64,000 bases of DNA from the NCBI GenBank assembly GCA_951406725.2, contig OX597821.1, forward strand, positions 13,454,001 to 13,518,000. The letters run 5' to 3'. Source of the stretch: Octopus vulgaris (Eukaryota). Shown one piece after another: positions 58,584 through 64,000 of this stretch (the stretch's first letter is position 1; each line of letters starts with the position of its first letter). Made by a program: the position numbers and the translations under genes. Under the pieces are notes generated by a model. That model was not told the DNA's origin. It ran no database searches and was given only the letters and a program-made list of their open reading frames with translations.

Positions 58584-59646
58584 TTGGGTGGGTGTAAAGT
58601 ACGTAGGCATTAAAAATTGATATTAACATTCATATTCCTTTTACAAATTTATTGAAACAAATGGTACATGTTCTTTATTAAATGGGAAAATGGAAGTAAA
58701 TCTTCGTATTTCATCGTAAGCACGGTAGCGTCAACCAATTTCCTCAAAAAACCAGGTATAGGATGAGCAACCTTCTGTAGGGCGTCGTCTGGGATATCAT
58801 TGAGAACCACCAGAATCCGTGTCTCCAAGTCCTCCAGTGTGCGAGGTTTTGGCTTGTACACGTCCTTTTTTTGTGTAACCCCACAGGTGAATATCACATG
58901 GAGTGTGATCTGAACTTCTTGGAGTTCTGGACTTCTGGATTTCTGCGGCCACAGTCATCAGGCTTTAGCATCTCAACGTAATGAGGTTTTCACGGACGAA
59001 AATTCAGTTCTTTACGCAACACCGTACGTATTGTGTATCTTGTTAGTCCGCCTTCATGAGCTACTTGACGTTGATTTTTGCGGGCTGCGATTAAACATTT
59101 CCTGCGGCCGGACATCTGGAAAATAAGAAATAAATCAATAAGAAAATACAAAAAAATCTCCATTAGTAATGCCTGGTTTAAAAATATTTTCCTCGTGATT
59201 TCAGTGATACTAAAAATTCTATAAGCAACTAGCAGTATCGCCCGGCGTTGCTCGGGTTTGTAAGGGAAATAACTATATAAGCATTTTTAGAGATGTAAAG
59301 TATAATAGCCATCTCAATATGGCTAACCACAAAGTGGGGGGGTGTTTCTGTAGCTTTTTACGTTCTGAGATTTAATAATAAATTTTTAGACAGTTACTTC
59401 CCTTATATATGCCAAAAATGCATTAAAATGGGAAAAATTTATGGTAATTTTTTTAAAATCGTAGATTCATCGTAGACGCGCGCTAATACCCACAAGGGCT
59501 CGATATGAATCACGACTATAAGATACCCGGTTTTGGTTAAACTGCACCGCAAAATGTGGGAGTAGTTAGGAATCTAAATCGTACGAGACAGACACTCACA
59601 CAACTTCACTTTTATATATAAAGATTTCTAATGCCTGGTTACTTTT
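58584..59646 (-). mobile_element. Internally deleted Tc1/mariner-superfamily element interrupted by a Helitron
   Basis: DHTPCDIHLWGY / DVYKPKPRTLEDLETRI transposase C-terminus; imperfect TIRs AAAGTACGTAGGCATTAAAAATTG vs CAA|TTTCTAATGCCTGGTTACTTT. Confidence 0.7.
59229..59624 (-). mobile_element. Non-autonomous Helitron, copy 2
   Basis: Same termini, hairpin and A|T target as 348-742. Confidence 0.85.
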
Positions 59647-59880
59647 GGTAAAATTTGATGCAGATTCTCTGCTCAACTTTCACCGTCACGGTCAATGCGA
59701 CGATCACACGCTACACACCTTCCTTCCAAACACTGCTGTAAACAGCGGAAGCAAGCTAGAACTTTAAAACTTAGTGCGCACGCACAGCAAAGTTCAAGGT
59801 CCAGTTGTGCCAAGCGGTTTTACTCTGCATGATTTAGCTTCGTTACTATGGCAACAATCCCAATACGTATTGATCAGACC
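59647..59880 (-). mobile_element. Probable 5' end of another mariner element
   Basis: CAAAATTTGATGCAGATTC-like and AATGCGACGATCACAC segments resemble mariner 5' regions (recall only). Confidence 0.4.
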
Positions 59881-59938
59881 AGTTATACACACACACAAAC
59901 ACACATACACACACATATATATATACGTATATATAGAA

Positions 59939-60160
59939 GGCGGCGAGCTGGCAGAAACGTTAGCACGCTGGGCGAAATGCGTAGCTGTATTTCGTCTGCC
60001 GTTACGTTCTGAGTTCAAATTCCGCCGAGGTCGACTTTGCCTTTCATCCTTTCGGGGTCGATAAATTAAGTACCAGTTACGCACTGGGGTCGACGTAATC
60101 CATTTGTCTGTCCTTGTTTGTCCCCTCTGTGTGTAGCCTCTTGTGGGTAGTAAAGAAATA
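59939..60160 (+). mobile_element. SINE family B, young subfamily, full length
   Basis: GGCGGCGAGCTGGCAG head to ...GTGGGTAGTAAAGAAATA. Confidence 0.9.
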
Positions 60161-61747
60161 TATATATATATATATATACATATATCGGATATGATCATAT
60201 ATATATATATATGTATATATGTATATACGCACACATACACACACACGCGCACATACACACATGCATACATATGCAACCTCATCGGTAGCAAATTCCTCCA
60301 ATCTCACCCCAGCCTCCCTGCAATCTTCCCCCAACAGCCGCATTCTTTTCCTCTTCATATATTTATCCTTAAAAAGTCTCGTATCGTTTCCGTTCGACAA
60401 GTTCGAGAGGTTCTGAAAAATTATCAACTTAAAGATTCACGAATTACTTCGATTTATATTGAAGATTAAATTTATCTACATACTTATATTGATTATATCT
60501 ATCTGCGTACTACCAATTAAATCAAAGTATTGATTTATGCTACTTAAATTTTTCATTATCCAATGATGTTGAGAATCTGAATAAAAATTCAGGAACGAAC
60601 TGGAATCATTTCTTTTTACAAGAGAGAAGCAATTCAAAAACGAAGTCGTTAATTGGTAAATAAATTCCCACGAAAGTAGTTTCAAATACTTAGGAGAGAA
60701 CTCAGTAGATGTACTCAAACATATAGACTTATATGTACGTCTGTCTATCTATCTATCTATCTGTCCATCTATCTATCTATCTATCTATCTATCTGTCCAT
60801 CTATCTATCTATCTGTCCATCTATCTATCTATCTATCAGCGGATATATGCATCTATTTAAATATATGCAAATATATAAGTGCATGTGCGTGTGTGTGTGT
60901 GTGTGTAGATTCGAAACGATATTTAATATTGAATAATATCTTTTGCTTCGAAGTTTCGACGTTAAAACTGGCTTCTTAAAGAAGTTTTAAGAAGACAATT
61001 TTAACGATACTTCGACGTAAACAGTTCGTATAAATATCAATATATAAATACACAAATATATATATACATATATTAATAGTGATTGTGAACACATACATAT
61101 ATGCATATATATTTATACAGTCAAACATTCATACATATATATATATATACATGTGTGTGTGTGTTTGCGTGTGTGTATATGCATATATGTATATACATAT
61201 ACATACGTACATCTATCTATCTATCTATCCATCTTTCTAATGGCTTAATTAATTGCTGCCCGAGCGTAAGTCAAGAAGTCTGGCATATAAGCATTTAGAA
61301 TAAAATCAAGTAATTTAGATATTTAGATATTTAAATTTTATTCCACATTGATTTTTCCCATAGTATTAAATGCTTATATATTTTTTTATTCGTTCGATTA
61401 TTTTTGCAAGTAAAACATTCCAGCTGAAACTCAGGAATTATTTAAATAATAAACCATGTTTATTCTCGGTATTTAACACCGTTTTCATTCGTCTAGTTGA
61501 GACAAATTCAACTAAAGAATTAATCCTTGAAATATTACACATTATAATACGTCAACTTTGTCTTTCAGCCTTTCGGAGCCGATAAGAATAAGTAACAGTC
61601 GAGCACTGGGGTCGATGCAATCGACTCGTTCCTCTCCAACAAAATTTCAGGCCTTGTGTCTACAGTAGAGAGGATTACAGTACACACACACACACACACG
61701 CCCAAACACACACACATACACACACATATATACTTATATATGTATAT

Positions 61748-61815
<68 letters not shown>

Positions 61816-61817
<2 letters not shown>

Positions 61818-62219
61818 CTTGGCGATACCTGCTCAGAGGCCAACGCAAAGTTTTCAAAAAGTTTTCATCGTTCTCGACACCATCAAGCAGATCTTGTGCA
61901 GCATGGGGGTTAGCTGAAAGCAGTTTTCGCACAAAGTTGGTTGACACGCGTCTCATACCCAAATCTTCAGTGATAATCAGCTGAAGTAAATTGTAACTAA
62001 TCTGTACATCCTCTGATAACTCACGAATGGTGATTTAACAATTTCCCCTCAGAGTTGCACGCACATCTGCGATGTCTTTCTCAGTTCTGCTGGTTGCGGG
62101 GCTCCCAAATCATACGTCGATATCGACATTATTTCGGCTATCTTGGAAACGTCAGAACCATTCGTGAACTTGTGTGAGGCTCATATACTCCTCTCCATAC
62201 ACTTTCTGCAACTTTGAGC
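61816..62219. pseudogene. Mariner transposase N-terminal relic with internal inversion
   Basis: Plus strand LGDTCSEA; minus strand KLQKVYGEE...LGMRRVSTNFVRKLLS...ENDENFLKTL. Confidence 0.75.
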
Positions 62220-62236
62220 AGTGGGTAACCCTCTGT

Positions 62237-62874
<638 letters not shown>

Positions 62875-62895
62875 TGATAGATAGATAGATAGATA

Positions 62896-64000
62896 TGTTT
62901 CTTTATTAGCCACACAGGGCTGCACACAGATAGAACAAATTACAAGGTAGAGCTTTTCTTTTGAAGGTTTAAAAAAAAAAAAAAAAAAAAAAAAAAGGAA
63001 GGGGAGTTTCGATCAAAAGGGATCGTAAAAGGAGAGAAAGAGGACAAAAAAAAGGGGGGTTAAAAAAAAAAGGGGGAGAGGAAAAAAAAATTGATCAATA
63101 GGGATCGTTATCACAGAAATGTCAATATGAAGTGTAAAGGGGAGGACAGGTGAGGCTTACCCGTGGAAAGAAAAGCCTACGGAAAAGACCACGGTAACCT
63201 CGGTCAATGAAGTCACATTTTATATTTCTTTTTTTTTTTTTTTTTTTGCAAATAAGCAACTCTCTGTTTTCGATTTCTGGGTTCATAGGACTATGCTCAA
63301 GGTGGCTTCGTCATTCATACGTGCCATTCTTGCTACATTCACCCATCTTTTTTAAAACATTCGCTAGACAAAACTTGCCTCTCTACTCTCACTTTCCTTT
63401 TCAAGTGGTACTTGAAGAAGTTGATGAGAGATTGACCAGAGAGGAAAGTGTTTGTCTCCAATCCTTTCAGACGCGTCCACCAGATACATTCTTTCGCCAT
63501 AGCCACAAGGATGATGAAAATAGCTCTTCCTTCCCGTTTGAAGGAAGGAGGCGTGACAATATTGACGATAGACTCAGCTGATAAACCGACTCGTCCCACA
63601 CGTGACAGCAGTTGTTCGACATAAGCCCACAGGTCGGAAATTGTTGGGCACTGAACGAGTGCGTGCAGAACGGTTTCGTCGCTCTGACCGCATCTCGGGC
63701 AGGTCGGCCCCGTGTTTCTCGAGCCGTGTCTGTAGAGCTTATCCCGAACGGGTAGCGCTTCTCGGTAGCACTGCCAGGCCAGGGATCTCTGGAAGTTGTC
63801 CATGGGCCCTGGCCCGAAGGTCGTCCTGAACAGGCGGGTCAGGTACTCCTCGTCGACGTCCAGGTTCGCCCCGAGCTCGTCGTCGTACCTCCCCTCCACT
63901 AAACCCCTATAGAATGCTTTGGTTGTGTTGAAGTCACTTAAGGTCGACCCAGGACGGCAGAGTTGCTTGAGAGCAACGCGACACTCGCGGTGCCATTCGC
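62896..64000 (-). mobile_element. L1/Tx1-like LINE 3' portion, running off the window
   Basis: ORF 63339-63899 with zf-RVT-type CPRC...ETVLHALVQC motif after AWQCYREALPV; AATAAA then (TATC)n. Confidence 0.88.

Noticed and set aside
60945-60990. Possible additional HHR on the minus strand
   Set aside because: Core and helix II too degenerate to call
62220-62237. 18-bp direct repeat as a target-site duplication
   Set aside because: The sequence is homologous to the LINE's own 3'UTR

Overview
AT-rich, microsatellite-dense animal genomic DNA with no confidently identifiable host gene. From recall of the SINE families it looks like octopus, but I have not verified that. Almost all ORFs in the track are simple-repeat artefacts. 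The real content is a dense mobilome. (1) At least four tRNA-headed SINE families, three of which share 3' ends with LINE fragments in the same window (CR1-like, RTE, L1/Tx1-like). (2) L1/Tx1-like LINE 3' ends embedded in (GATA)n. (3) R4/Dong-like fragments. (4) Several Tc1/mariner relics, a hAT MITE and two non-autonomous Helitrons. (5) One Penelope-like element (RT + GIY-YIG) with inverted pLTRs that carry a tRNA-like head. (6) Many small, probably Penelope-derived units in (TA)n tracts that carry hammerhead-ribozyme (HHR) motifs and often form fold-back palindromes. The most notable signals are the HHR/palindrome cluster at 46.2-48.0 kb, including a complete type I hammerhead fold, and the SINE-Tx1 tail sharing. 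All family assignments come from motif recognition by eye; no searches were run.
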